Of a stretch of DNA of 64,000 bases, positions 17,287 through 27,249 are shown piece by piece. Source of the stretch: a virus; the IMG/VR virus record IMGVR_UViG_3300025141_010453, positions 1-64,000 of that record; one strand, given 5' to 3'. The number at the start of each line of letters is the position of its first letter. Positions within the stretch are counted from its first letter, which is position 1. A model generated the notes under the pieces. The model did no database searches. It was not told where the DNA came from and saw only the letters and a program-made list of their open reading frames with translations. Made by a program: the position numbers and the translations under genes.

Positions 17287-19983
17287 TTCTTTTATAAAAT
17301 AGTCTTCACTTAAATTCACACTCTTCCAATATTCTGTTTCTTCTGGTGATAGTGTAAGTATTTCTTCTAAAGAATCCTGGTCTCCTTCTTTTCTTGATAG
17401 CCCATTTATTAATTTACATTGTGTTTTTGTATAATATTCTCTATCTTCTGGTTTTTTCTGTAGTAGGCTGTCTCTAACCTCTGGTTTAAAACAAACTAAT
17501 AATGGTTCTATTCTTTTATTAAATGTAGAAATATACCTAGGAACATTATATTCTCCTTTCATTCCATTTTCTAAATCATTTTCTTCTATTAAATAAGAAT
17601 TTAAAACCACTTCTTCTGTTCCATCTTTTTTCTTTTTTCTTTGTACATCTCCATGTGACATTGCTGTACCATTGTTAACATAATAAATTGTGTCCCCTAG
17701 AGAAACTGGGATATTATTTTTAATAACAAGTTCCATATGTGCTTGTCTTGCCATCAAATTACCAGCTTTTGTACGTTGTCCACATCTTTTTTTATAAGAT
17801 TCAATAGTTTGTTTTATCCTTGCTTTATTAGCGATATTAGCTAATAAAATATCTCTATTATAAATTCTAGTTAAATACTCATAATAATATTCTATAAACT
17901 CGTCACCTTTTCCTTCTAAAAGCAACCTTAAACCCTTATCTATAAATTCTTCTAGGTAACCCTGAATCTTCTTAGATTTAATTGAGTTCCCCGTTAACTT
18001 AACTGACCCATTAGGTAATAAGAGAGCGTAATTTTTTCTTGCTATATTAATACACGCTGGCCATTGCCCATCACTATCTAACCCCATTTCATCTCTCATA
18101 AATAAATCATTATACTCTGCAACATCCGCTTCAGTACCTATATATAATTTATGTTTTTCTACTAACTCATTATTACCAATACCAATATACTCTCTTTCTT
18201 CTACATCTTGTGGGCAAGAAAAATTTACCCCATCTGTATCCATCACTAATGGGTCATATCCTTTTTCCCTAAAAAACTTAACCATTTGACGTAAATATTG
18301 TCTTGCGGTACATGTAACTTTTTCTCCCATATTCATATCCCCCCATGGAAAAACTTGTGGTGCTGAAAGTGAGCCAAACATTGAATTTATGAAAATCTTA
18401 ATCGGTAGTTGTTTTCTTCCAAAATCCTCTGATTTCTTTTTATCTTTATCAAAATATTGTGAAGCTAAATTTTTATATTTAATTCTGGTATCTCTAAAAT
18501 ATTTTAACATTCCTTTCATAGCTTCAGTAATGTCACAGTCTGGAAAAACATTATGAACTAACTGAATGGATGGGTATAGAGAACTAAAATCTAATTTTAA
18601 AACGTTAGTAGAATAGCCTATTTTAACTAGTCTAGATAGTCCCCCAACAAAAGGTCTTTTATGGTCTTTTTCTGGAATAGCTAAACCTTTGTGATAAGAC
18701 CAAGCTAACATTAACATTTTCCATAATGTAGCTGTACCCATTGTAGAAACTCTTTCATAAGATGTAGGTACCATACTTGCAAGTAAAAACGAAGCTTGAT
18801 TAAATTGGCCGTCTACTTCCATGGTCTCCCATAAATCATCCATCAAATATAGTTCTACAATTTCTGCTCCCCCTACTTTTTTATATACTTTAGGGAATCT
18901 TTTATCAAGATTATATAATCCGTCGGAACCCACTAATTTATATTTGCCATTTTCAACATTTAAATAGAATTCCTTATTTTCTTTATAGGTGGAAGAAATC
19001 TTATCCCCATCTACATATACTCGATTTGGTTTGTGTGATTTAGAGAATTGTGTTATATATTTTAATCCCCAACTTTTTATTTCAGAATTAATAGTTTGTG
19101 CACGCCTTACAGCGTGAGCTATGTCTAAAGAATTATATCCCCATATCTTTATTTGTTTATATTTTTCAATTTCAGCTCCTAATTTTAATACCCCCTCATT
19201 AATTTTATAACCTTCATTAGGGTTAAGTGTTTTAAACTGGGTGGTGTCCATCTGTAAAATATCAGCTCTTTTAAATAACCAGTTCCAGTCAAAGTTTGAT
19301 GAATTGTACCCACCTATAAGTGTTGGCTTTAAATTATTTATTATTTCAAAAAATTCATATATAGCTTCCGACTCTTCTAAATCATTATCATCAATTTCTA
19401 TAACTTTCTCAAACCCTCTATTATCTTTCATACCAATCATAAAGATTCTTCCATCTTCTGGATTTAAAGCAGTAGTCTCTAAATCAAAAACAAATCTATG
19501 TATATCATTATATTCTTTAAATCCTTTAAATAATCTTTTTTCTTTTTGTACTAGATATTGTTCTATAGGTGGTAAAATCATAATAACATCTCTATTTTCA
19601 CTATCCCATGGATTTAATCCTCCTTGTCTAAAAAATGCTACTAAATCTCTATATGTTTTTGTTGTTTTTATTAAATAAGTTAAACCATTATTTAATCTTT
19701 TATCATCTCCAGTATATAATTTTTCTATTAATATACCATGCTTAGATATAGCTTCTTTCTGAGCCTCTTTATTGCCACTATAAAAGTTTTTCTTACTTAA
19801 ATCACCCACCCAACAAAATGGAATAAATGTGTCAGATTCAATAATTTTACCCTTTTCTGGGTCTTCTTTTATTTTATAAATTTTACTAGTTCGCCATCCA
19901 TATTCTAATGCTACAATATATTTTTCAGGGTCATTACCATGTAAAAAAATTTGTATTTCTTCTGTTGTAGCTTTTTCTATCAT
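17272..19983 (-). CDS. polB: Family B DNA polymerase
   Basis: Exo FDLETT and YNSSNFD; pol DFSSLYPS, KIFINSMFG, MDTDG, KNYA. Confidence 0.93.
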   Translation of the reverse strand: MIEKATTEEIQIFLHGNDPEKYIVALEYGWRTSKIYKIKEDPEKGKIIESDTFIPFCWVGDLSKKNFYSGNKEAQKEAISKHGILIEKLYTGDDKRLNNGLTYLIKTTKTYRDLVAFFRQGGLNPWDSENRDVIMILPPIEQYLVQKEKRLFKGFKEYNDIHRFVFDLETTALNPEDGRIFMIGMKDNRGFEKVIEIDDNDLEESEAIYEFFEIINNLKPTLIGGYNSSNFDWNWLFKRADILQMDTTQFKTLNPNEGYKINEGVLKLGAEIEKYKQIKIWGYNSLDIAHAVRRAQTINSEIKSWGLKYITQFSKSHKPNRVYVDGDKISSTYKENKEFYLNVENGKYKLVGSDGLYNLDKRFPKVYKKVGGAEIVELYLMDDLWETMEVDGQFNQASFLLASMVPTSYERVSTMGTATLWKMLMLAWSYHKGLAIPEKDHKRPFVGGLSRLVKIGYSTNVLKLDFSSLYPSIQLVHNVFPDCDITEAMKGMLKYFRDTRIKYKNLASQYFDKDKKKSEDFGRKQLPIKIFINSMFGSLSAPQVFPWGDMNMGEKVTCTARQYLRQMVKFFREKGYDPLVMDTDGVNFSCPQDVEEREYIGIGNNELVEKHKLYIGTEADVAEYNDLFMRDEMGLDSDGQWPACINIARKNYALLLPNGSVKLTGNSIKSKKIQGYLEEFIDKGLRLLLEGKGDEFIEYYYEYLTRIYNRDILLANIANKARIKQTIESYKKRCGQRTKAGNLMARQAHMELVIKNNIPVSLGDTIYYVNNGTAMSHGDVQRKKKKDGTEEVVLNSYLIEENDLENGMKGEYNVPRYISTFNKRIEPLLVCFKPEVRDSLLQKKPEDREYYTKTQCKLINGLSRKEGDQDSLEEILTLSPEETEYWKSVNLSEDYFIKELTLL

Positions 19984-20015
19984 ATTCTCTGCATTTAATT
20001 TTTCGTGATTACCTA

Positions 20016-20047
20016 CAAAGATAAGTAAAGAATTTTAAGTAATCAAT
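20016..20047 (-). promoter_or_regulatory. Bacteroidota-type early promoter of polB
   Basis: ATTG-N20-TATCTTTG; shares ACTTATCTTTGTAG with the promoter at 4620-4633. Confidence 0.7.
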
Positions 20048-20050
20048 AAA

Positions 20051-20446
20051 TTAACAAGGTTGGATACAGGGTTGCCCTATAAAAGATTCGGATATATTAA
20101 TAAATAAATCTTCTCGGATTGGGACTATCAATTCTGAGCAATTCTGTTCATGAAAATATACAACAAATTGCCCTTCAAATCTACCTGATTTATTAACATC
20201 TCTAGATTTCCATTTATAATATATATAATATTCTACTGGTGAATTTACCGAAGTGGGTGTTTTAGCGACTATATAAGCACGGGCATTTAATATTTTAGGA
20301 ATCCCAGTTTCCACGTCTTTCATTGCGAAGTATATACTTGAATTTGCTAGTTTATCGTGAAAGTTCTGAAAATCGTTTCTTCCATCCTGAACTAATTGCA
20401 TCTTAAGTATTGGTTCTACTGAGTTTTTCCTAATAAAAAATTCCAT
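20051..20446 (-). CDS. BppU-like baseplate/fibre adaptor domain protein
   Basis: FFIRKN..P.L and Y.W...D...G.F.G.F pattern. Confidence 0.5.
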   Translation of the reverse strand: MEFFIRKNSVEPILKMQLVQDGRNDFQNFHDKLANSSIYFAMKDVETGIPKILNARAYIVAKTPTSVNSPVEYYIYYKWKSRDVNKSGRFEGQFVVYFHEQNCSELIVPIREDLFINISESFIGQPCIQPC

Positions 20447-20461
20447 ATATTATCTTTTATT

Positions 20462-20469
20462 TATAAATA
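20462..20469 (-). promoter_or_regulatory. Putative late promoter TATTTATA
   Basis: 15 nt upstream of ATG 20446. Confidence 0.6.
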
Positions 20470-20478
20470 TCATTCCTA

Positions 20479-22968
20479 CTAGTTATGACTACATCCTGTA
20501 CAACAGTCATCACAATTATTTGCTCCACCAGCAAATACGGTTAAATTATTAACACCTCCGGTAGCACCAAAAAACGGTACGTATGAACTTGGTGCGAGTG
20601 TCTGCACCCCAACATATTCATAACATGAATATAAAACTGACCCATTATTTTGCGTTACAGCTCTTTGAACTACTGTTCCTATAGGTGGTGAACCTATAAG
20701 TTGGTAGTAATCTGCTGATGCTGCCTCAGTACTGGGAAAACTATCACTTAGTATAGTAACTGGGTACCCAGCAAGTATATATCCTGGTACAGGGTTGGGG
20801 CCTTGACAGGCTTTATAGACATGTATGGTAACTGAATTGGTAACAACTGGTTCACTTGAACCGTTATAGCCACAATCAGTACAACCTTTATTACAATTTT
20901 TACATTCTTCACAATCAATTAAGCTATATCTGTCTTTATTGATTAAGAAATTATGATAAATTTCATCTGGGGTTAATGGTTTTATATAATACATCATTTG
21001 TGAAATACCTCCAACAAACGTACCAGCAAAAAATTGATTTAACATCATTTGGTCGGGCGGTAAATTCTTATGGGTCATCGTACCTCCACTACAATCTGGC
21101 ATTAAATTTTCTCTAAGTCCGAATGTTCCTCCACCCCAAGACATATTATATGCAACACCAACTTGTGTTTGTTTATTGGTATTTAATTGTCTAGGTATTA
21201 TTTCTTCATAGTTTTCTACTTTATGAACTCTTCTTCCATTAACATAAAAACTTAAAGTACCTAGTCTATATTCTTTTTCTTCAAACCAACTTTGTATTTG
21301 TGCTCCATGACAGTTAAAATCAAAATAAGCGTCTTCTATAAATCTTGGGTATTCATCTTTACATGGTTTAGTTTCTGGTGTTGGGTTAACTGGGTCACAC
21401 CCAAATGGCCCGGCAGTACTCGCTGCATGGCTACCATATCTTTCAAACTTATCAGTTCTAATTTTAACTAAATCATTAACACCACCATTATTATATATTT
21501 CACAATCTTCCAAATAAAGATTTCTATCAAATACAATATCTATCTGAACCCATATTTCCTTACAATTTCCGCTTTGTGTTATAAATTTACAAATAGGTTC
21601 AGAATAACTTTCTTCAATTACATAATCACAATTAAATGTTTTACCTGTATTACAAGTTTCACCAGTGGTCACACACTCTCCGGTATATCTAATCGTTCTA
21701 TACCCTATTCTCATATCATCAGTAAGTCTAACACCTAAAGCGTTACTATAGACATCATATCTACAATCAGGAGATTTATTTTGTTGTGCTAGGGGAACTG
21801 CTTTTTCTTCTGTATTACAACATCCTGTAATTCCAGTTAGTGTAGTGCACCCGGACCCTGTTAAATCCAACACTAGGCCAGACCAAAAACTAGAAGCACT
21901 ATAGAGTGAACTAGCAAAATATTTATCCTCTGCCCTTACACCTTTATAAAAGAAAAATCCTGAGGTACTTGAAGTAATGGGATAATCCATACCAGTTCCA
22001 TTATACGAACTATAATTTAATGTGTGTATTGGTTGGTCATTCATTGCAGAACCTAAAGGGCTACAGAAAGTGGTAGCACTTCCGAAATTTATAGAACTTG
22101 CAGTAGTGGCACTATATATTCTATTCCATCCACTAGCATTATAACAACTCCCATAATAACCACAAATTACACTATTATCTCCAACTGCTGTACAACACTT
22201 ATCCTCTACTTTACATATACTATCACTTATTGTAGTTAGTTTTAAATAAGTTTCAAAACTCCATCCTTTATTTGGTCGTGTAGGTAATACTTCATATGGG
22301 TAACCATATAATTTATAAAATCCTTGGTAAAATCCACCTTTTAGTTCTTGGTAATACCCTGATGCGTCAGATGCATTAAGAATACTGGTATCCGTATACC
22401 ATTCGTTGATGGCTCCCGTAGTAGGGAATCCAAATGCTTTTACTTGGTGCATTTTAAACCTTTTATCATAAGATGATTTATCAAACTGATTCCAGTAAGG
22501 TGAGTCAGTAGGTATGTCACACCATAACTCTATGCACGCACCAGAGGCAACATCTTGTTCAGTAAATAAACCATTATCGGTTGCTGTCCATGCAGCGTCA
22601 CAAACCTCATAATACCCAGGAGAAACATCATAAGGACAATCACAACAAGACTTTGCTTTAGACCAACTATTCTTACTTAAAACCATAAATGATGTATACC
22701 CCGTATTAGAGTTATAATCTGAGGTATTTCCTGTTGGGTACTGAAATGCACATGTTGTGGTAGGTTGTGTAGAACAGTCTGTATCAGCAAGGTCAATCCA
22801 TACTGGAAGTATGTCACCATTATTATAAGCAGTAATACCAGTCGACCAAACTACATCCGTATTAAAGTCTTTTTCGTCAGACGCTAAAAATAAATCATAA
22901 TATTCACTATAATTAATTTTACTATCTAATCTATTGAAATAAAAATTATTTAAATTTTGTGTTCCCAT
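20479..22968 (-). CDS. Cys/Ser/Thr/Gly-rich virion protein, possible LamG/ConA-like fold
   Basis: Late promoter; LSFYVNG and FVGGISQMMYYIKPLT.DEI.HNF pattern; about 39 Cys by hand count. Confidence 0.5.
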   Translation of the reverse strand: MGTQNLNNFYFNRLDSKINYSEYYDLFLASDEKDFNTDVVWSTGITAYNNGDILPVWIDLADTDCSTQPTTTCAFQYPTGNTSDYNSNTGYTSFMVLSKNSWSKAKSCCDCPYDVSPGYYEVCDAAWTATDNGLFTEQDVASGACIELWCDIPTDSPYWNQFDKSSYDKRFKMHQVKAFGFPTTGAINEWYTDTSILNASDASGYYQELKGGFYQGFYKLYGYPYEVLPTRPNKGWSFETYLKLTTISDSICKVEDKCCTAVGDNSVICGYYGSCYNASGWNRIYSATTASSINFGSATTFCSPLGSAMNDQPIHTLNYSSYNGTGMDYPITSSTSGFFFYKGVRAEDKYFASSLYSASSFWSGLVLDLTGSGCTTLTGITGCCNTEEKAVPLAQQNKSPDCRYDVYSNALGVRLTDDMRIGYRTIRYTGECVTTGETCNTGKTFNCDYVIEESYSEPICKFITQSGNCKEIWVQIDIVFDRNLYLEDCEIYNNGGVNDLVKIRTDKFERYGSHAASTAGPFGCDPVNPTPETKPCKDEYPRFIEDAYFDFNCHGAQIQSWFEEKEYRLGTLSFYVNGRRVHKVENYEEIIPRQLNTNKQTQVGVAYNMSWGGGTFGLRENLMPDCSGGTMTHKNLPPDQMMLNQFFAGTFVGGISQMMYYIKPLTPDEIYHNFLINKDRYSLIDCEECKNCNKGCTDCGYNGSSEPVVTNSVTIHVYKACQGPNPVPGYILAGYPVTILSDSFPSTEAASADYYQLIGSPPIGTVVQRAVTQNNGSVLYSCYEYVGVQTLAPSSYVPFFGATGGVNNLTVFAGGANNCDDCCTGCSHN

Positions 22969-22973
22969 GTATT

Positions 22974-22981
22974 AATAAATA
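22974..22981 (-). promoter_or_regulatory. Putative late promoter TATTTATT
   Basis: 5 nt upstream of ATG 22968; divergent pair with 23000. Confidence 0.55.
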
Positions 22982-22999
22982 CTATTTGATTGGTTTAGA

Positions 23000-23007
23000 T
23001 ATTTATA
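23000..23007 (+). promoter_or_regulatory. Putative late promoter TATTTATA
   Basis: 12 nt upstream of ATG 23020. Confidence 0.65.
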
Positions 23008-23019
23008 TATAAAAGGAAA

Positions 23020-23862
23020 ATGAAAAGAACTGAAGCAATTACGTATGTTATTAACAAACTTAAAGTATTAAAAGAGGAACTAGGCGGTGGAAAAAGTATT
23101 TCACCTTTAAACTTTCTTACTTTATCTGAAATTTTTAAATTTCAAATAGAACCTAAATCACATCGATTTACCGCATTATGTCTAGACGAAGCTGCAAAAA
23201 TTAATAATGATGAAAAGCATTTAGAAATGATAAATAGTATATTGCAGGATGAGTTGGAGGGGGATGAAGATGATGGAGATGAAGATGCAGAAGAAGTTAA
23301 TGAATTATTAGATTTTGATGGTTCTATTCAAAGCAGTAAAATACCACCTGGTTCTGAAACTAATAAAACATTAAGTTCTAAAAAAACAACTGATGATGTT
23401 GTAAAAGCTACTAGTCAAGCTGGGACTTGGACTGGGGGTGGCCATTATTTTAAAAGATATTATGGGGAATCAGTAGAAGAACTTGGTGAACATGATATGA
23501 GTGAAGTTCTGGGGTTTGAGGATACTGAATTTAAAAATGCTGAAGATACTATAGAGTACTTTGAAAAAGAGCATGATATGGATGAAACAGAAGCTGCGGA
23601 AAGAGCGGAATCTATGGGTAAAACAAAAAATTTAGATGAACTGGGGCAACAAAGATTAACTGAAAAAGAAAGATTAAAAAAAATATCAGAAGATAGAGCC
23701 CGAAAGATGATTGAGGTCATATTGTCCAAAAAAGATGATGGGCATGAAATTTCTGATGGCAAAAATTCTTTATTAGACATTAAAATAAAACAACTATTAA
23801 AACTTGCTTCTGCGGACGAGATGTCGACTGAGGAATTAATTGATAAGATAAAATCATATTAA
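23020..23862 (+). CDS. Acidic hypothetical late protein (putative head-associated)
   Basis: Open frame after late promoter; Glu/Asp-rich. Confidence 0.55.
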   Translation: MKRTEAITYVINKLKVLKEELGGGKSISPLNFLTLSEIFKFQIEPKSHRFTALCLDEAAKINNDEKHLEMINSILQDELEGDEDDGDEDAEEVNELLDFDGSIQSSKIPPGSETNKTLSSKKTTDDVVKATSQAGTWTGGGHYFKRYYGESVEELGEHDMSEVLGFEDTEFKNAEDTIEYFEKEHDMDETEAAERAESMGKTKNLDELGQQRLTEKERLKKISEDRARKMIEVILSKKDDGHEISDGKNSLLDIKIKQLLKLASADEMSTEELIDKIKSY

Positions 23863-24317
23863 TGAATAGTGATTTAAAAAATGATACTTACGTCTTACCC
23901 GACTCTATCTTAGATACCTTAATAACTAATTTAAAGTCTTTAAGTGTGGGGGATAAAGGATATGACAGATGTAAAAATATGGTTAGTGATGGTAGTTTAA
24001 CCTATCCTCAAGCAAAAAAGTTTAAACATGAATTAGAAAATGAACTAGAAGATGAAGATTATAATGTGGTTGGTGGGGATGATATATTAGATTTCATAAA
24101 TGATTCTTTAACTCATAGACGGGATGGTGTTCATCGTTCTAAAAAGATTAGACAAAATTCGGGTGAAGAAAATGTTTTTAAAAAACCCCATACTAAAGAT
24201 AAATCTAAAAACCCAACCAAGGTAAGAAAAATTAAAGTACAAAAAAATAGTGACGAGATACTTAATAATAGAGCTGTTTATGAAGAAATAGACAGAATAA
24301 AACAACTTATAAAATAA
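23862..24317 (+). CDS. Hypothetical late protein
   Basis: Coupled TAATG junction; C-terminal VYEEIDRIKQLIK motif. Confidence 0.6.
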   Translation: MNSDLKNDTYVLPDSILDTLITNLKSLSVGDKGYDRCKNMVSDGSLTYPQAKKFKHELENELEDEDYNVVGGDDILDFINDSLTHRRDGVHRSKKIRQNSGEENVFKKPHTKDKSKNPTKVRKIKVQKNSDEILNNRAVYEEIDRIKQLIK

Positions 24318-24323
24318 ATAATT

Positions 24324-24665
24324 ATGGCAGATTTTAATCAAAAACAACCAGGTGAAAAATTAACCGAAGAATCAAAAAAATTACGAGAACAAATGTTAGT
24401 AAAAAATATTTATCCCGTAAGTGATAGTGAAGGATATAGTCCTAACCACCCTAATGCATTATCTGATGGTGATGATAAAGGTAAAGGTAATTCTATATAC
24501 TTAGGTGTTTATGGTGATGACATTGGTACTCGTACTGATATCATGGGTAATGGCGAATCTAATACGGGTAGGATTAATAATTTAAAAACCAACCTATATG
24601 ATAGAGATAATGAATATAGTGCAGGGAATATTGATTCTGGTGAAGGTTATAAACCACAACAATAG
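24324..24665 (+). CDS. Hypothetical late protein
   Basis: Operonic ORF; HPNALSDGDDKGKG. Confidence 0.6.
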   Translation: MADFNQKQPGEKLTEESKKLREQMLVKNIYPVSDSEGYSPNHPNALSDGDDKGKGNSIYLGVYGDDIGTRTDIMGNGESNTGRINNLKTNLYDRDNEYSAGNIDSGEGYKPQQ

Positions 24666-24671
24666 TTAAAA

Positions 24672-25073
24672 ATGAAATTATTAGACTCATTAATAGAATT
24701 ATTAACCGAGAATGTTTCTAATGAAGTAATTAAAGACGCGATTACTAATAAACAGACTTGTGAGTTAAAGTATCTTGACGATGAAAAACTTCCTGAGGGA
24801 GCGCAAGCTAGAACTATTCAACCAGTAGCGTACGGTTATTCTCTAAAAGGTAACCCAGTAATCAGAGCATATCAAACTTCTGGCCCATCTTTAAAGGTAA
24901 ACAAAAAAGGTATCCCGTTACCAGATTGGAGATTATTTAGGGTAGATAAGGTTAAAAGTATGATACCTATGAAAGGTGATGATAGTTTATTCTTGACTTT
25001 TGCTGAGCCTCCCTTATATAACCCTGTAGGGGACAATTCTATGAATAGAATGATGTATAACTCAAAATTTTAA
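24672..25073 (+). CDS. Stand-alone WYL-like domain protein
   Basis: AI..K....LKY, R.IQP...G, IRAYQ, WRLFRVDKV pattern. Confidence 0.7.
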   Translation: MKLLDSLIELLTENVSNEVIKDAITNKQTCELKYLDDEKLPEGAQARTIQPVAYGYSLKGNPVIRAYQTSGPSLKVNKKGIPLPDWRLFRVDKVKSMIPMKGDDSLFLTFAEPPLYNPVGDNSMNRMMYNSKF

Positions 25074-25076
25074 AAA

Positions 25077-25697
25077 ATGGCAGATATTTCAACATTACAA
25101 CAATCATTAATAAACGCTAAAAAAGTGATGGCTAAAGTAAATGATGGGGACTTCACTAAAAGTGGAATCTCATTACCAACTTCTACTTCTACGCCAAATA
25201 TTAATATGGATAGTGTACAACAACACTTACCTACGCAACCTAATATTCAAGAATCTTTATCATCTAGACCAACCAATCTTAGTCCTAAAGCTAATATGAA
25301 TGAAGAAAAGATTAAAAATTCAAATTTACCTGAAGCTGTTAAAAAAGCTATGATAAATAATCCAATACCAGACATACCTTTTAATGGTGGTGGAGCTGGT
25401 TTAAGTGAAGAATTTTTAAGTGGTGTAAAAACTCAAATGGATAAACAAGGTATTTCTACTTCTGTTCCTTCTACTCAACAATTAATACCTCCAACCAATA
25501 CAAAAACTAAAAAACTATCATCTAAAAATTTAAAATCTATAATCAAAGAATCTGTAAAAGAACTTCTAGAAGAAGTTGTTAACACTAAAATTAATGAAAA
25601 TATAGGTGTGAGAACAGATATGGGAGAAAATTTCCAATTTAGAGTAGGTGATAAAGTTTTTTATGGTAAAATAACTTCTAGCAAGACAATAAAATAG
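25077..25697 (+). CDS. Hypothetical late protein
   Basis: IKNSNLPEAVKKAMINNPI; LKSIIKESVKELLEE..INE. Confidence 0.6.
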   Translation: MADISTLQQSLINAKKVMAKVNDGDFTKSGISLPTSTSTPNINMDSVQQHLPTQPNIQESLSSRPTNLSPKANMNEEKIKNSNLPEAVKKAMINNPIPDIPFNGGGAGLSEEFLSGVKTQMDKQGISTSVPSTQQLIPPTNTKTKKLSSKNLKSIIKESVKELLEEVVNTKINENIGVRTDMGENFQFRVGDKVFYGKITSSKTIK

Positions 25698-25742
25698 TCT
25701 TCTTCCTCCTTTGACATATTAAATTTTTCGTGTTATAATTAA
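25683..25742 (+). repeat. 60-bp exact direct repeat, copy 1 (contains promoter)
   Basis: AAGACAATAAAATAGTCTTCTTCCTCCTTTGACATATTAAATTTTTCGTGTTATAATTAA, identical at 37071-37130. Confidence 0.95.
25710..25741 (+). promoter_or_regulatory. Promoter of glycan island module 1
   Basis: TTGACA-N17-TATAAT (25711-25739), also readable as TTTG-N20-TATAATTA. Confidence 0.75.
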
Positions 25743-25744
25743 AC

Positions 25745-26983
25745 ATGGAAAAAAGAAAATATAAAATCTGTGTCTTACCTTCCGACAGAACTGGAGTTTC
25801 AAAATTTAGGTCTGTTGACCCCCATACTTATTTACAAAATATGTATCCAGATGAATTTTGGATAGATATAGTCTACGACCCTCCGTATTATGATGATGCT
25901 TTTTGGAAAAAATATGATTTAATTCATTATCATCGGAGTATTGGTCCTGATTATGAAGCTTCTAAAGCTTTGGCTAAAAGATTAACTAAATGGGGTATGC
26001 CACATATTATGGATATAGATGATTACTGGTTACCCACAACTGACCATCCTGCCCATATGATTGTTAAAAATGGTAAGATTGATGTAAAAATTAAAGAAAA
26101 TATACAATTAGCTCATGCTGTAACCACAACTACAAAAGTTTTTGCTGAAGAAATATCTAAACTAAATAAAAATGTATATATCTATCCAAACGCTATTGAC
26201 CATAAGGAAAAGCAGTACGTCCCAAAACCAATTAAAAGTAATAAAGTACGAATTGGGTGGTTAGGAGGTTCTTCACACATAAAAGATTTAGAAATATTAA
26301 GCGGTGTAGTTGGTAGGTTGTATAGTATGAGAAAAGACCAGTTTCAAATTGTTTTATGTGGGTATGATTTAAGAGGGAGTATGACTGTTTTTGACGAAAA
26401 AACAGGTAAACAAACACAAAGACCAATTACTCCAGAAGAATCAGTTTGGTATAAGTATGAACAAATAATGACCGATAATTATAGAATTATAAATGATGAG
26501 GCGTATAAGGAGGAATTACTTTCTTTTAAAAAGAAACTAATAAGTGGTAATGAGGACTCAAATTATAGACGAGTATGGACCAAACCAATTACTACTTATG
26601 CTTCTAACTATAATAACTTTGATATCAGTGTGGCTCCTTTAAAAGAACATATCTTTAATAAAGTTAAGTCACAACTAAAAGTAATTGAGGCTGGATTCCA
26701 TAAAAAAGCTTTGGTATTGCAGGATTATGGTCCGTATACCGTAGATTGTATAAATGCCTTAGAGCATGGAGGAACTATAAATAAAAATGGTAATGCATTA
26801 ATGGTACCTAAGGTAAAAAATCATAAGCTGTGGTTTCAACATCTTAAGAGATTAATAGACAACCCTTCTTTAGTAGAGGACTTAGGTGAAAAATTATATG
26901 AAACCGTATTCCCTCAATATACATTAGAAACCGTTACCATAAAAAGAGCTGAATGGTATAGGGAATTAATAAGAAAATCTTAA
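25745..26983 (+). CDS. Glycosyltransferase (GT-B, GT4-like)
   Basis: DIDDYW, RIGWLGG.SH..DL, DISVAPL....FN..KSQLK..EAG. Confidence 0.75.
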   Translation: MEKRKYKICVLPSDRTGVSKFRSVDPHTYLQNMYPDEFWIDIVYDPPYYDDAFWKKYDLIHYHRSIGPDYEASKALAKRLTKWGMPHIMDIDDYWLPTTDHPAHMIVKNGKIDVKIKENIQLAHAVTTTTKVFAEEISKLNKNVYIYPNAIDHKEKQYVPKPIKSNKVRIGWLGGSSHIKDLEILSGVVGRLYSMRKDQFQIVLCGYDLRGSMTVFDEKTGKQTQRPITPEESVWYKYEQIMTDNYRIINDEAYKEELLSFKKKLISGNEDSNYRRVWTKPITTYASNYNNFDISVAPLKEHIFNKVKSQLKVIEAGFHKKALVLQDYGPYTVDCINALEHGGTINKNGNALMVPKVKNHKLWFQHLKRLIDNPSLVEDLGEKLYETVFPQYTLETVTIKRAEWYRELIRKS

Positions 26984-27017
26984 AAAATAATAAAATGAAT
27001 TTAATAAATAAAAAAAT

Positions 27018-27248
27018 ATGTATTATCAAGCAATTGTAGCATTCGAAACTGGGGTTATAGACAGTAATGGAGCCCCTAAAGTTAAAAAATTTAAATATAT
27101 TGTAGAATCTGAATCTGTTTTTGAAGCAACTAAAAGGATTTCACATTACTTATCAGAAGATACTAGAGACTCTGAAATTATCTCATTAGTTAAAGCCCCT
27201 TATGAAGATATTCTTCATCCAGAACTAACCCCAAAATACTATAAATAA
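27018..27248 (+). CDS. DUF4494-like small protein
   Basis: Y...V....NG..K....YIV.SESV.EA pattern recalled from Bacteroidota/phage proteins. Confidence 0.45.
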   Translation: MYYQAIVAFETGVIDSNGAPKVKKFKYIVESESVFEATKRISHYLSEDTRDSEIISLVKAPYEDILHPELTPKYYK

Positions 27249-27249
27249 A

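Noticed and set aside
17294-17307. ATAAAATAGTCTTC, and AATTTTTCGTG near 19997, matching parts of the 60-bp repeat
   Set aside because: Short AT-rich matches, one inside polB coding sequence; plausible by chance
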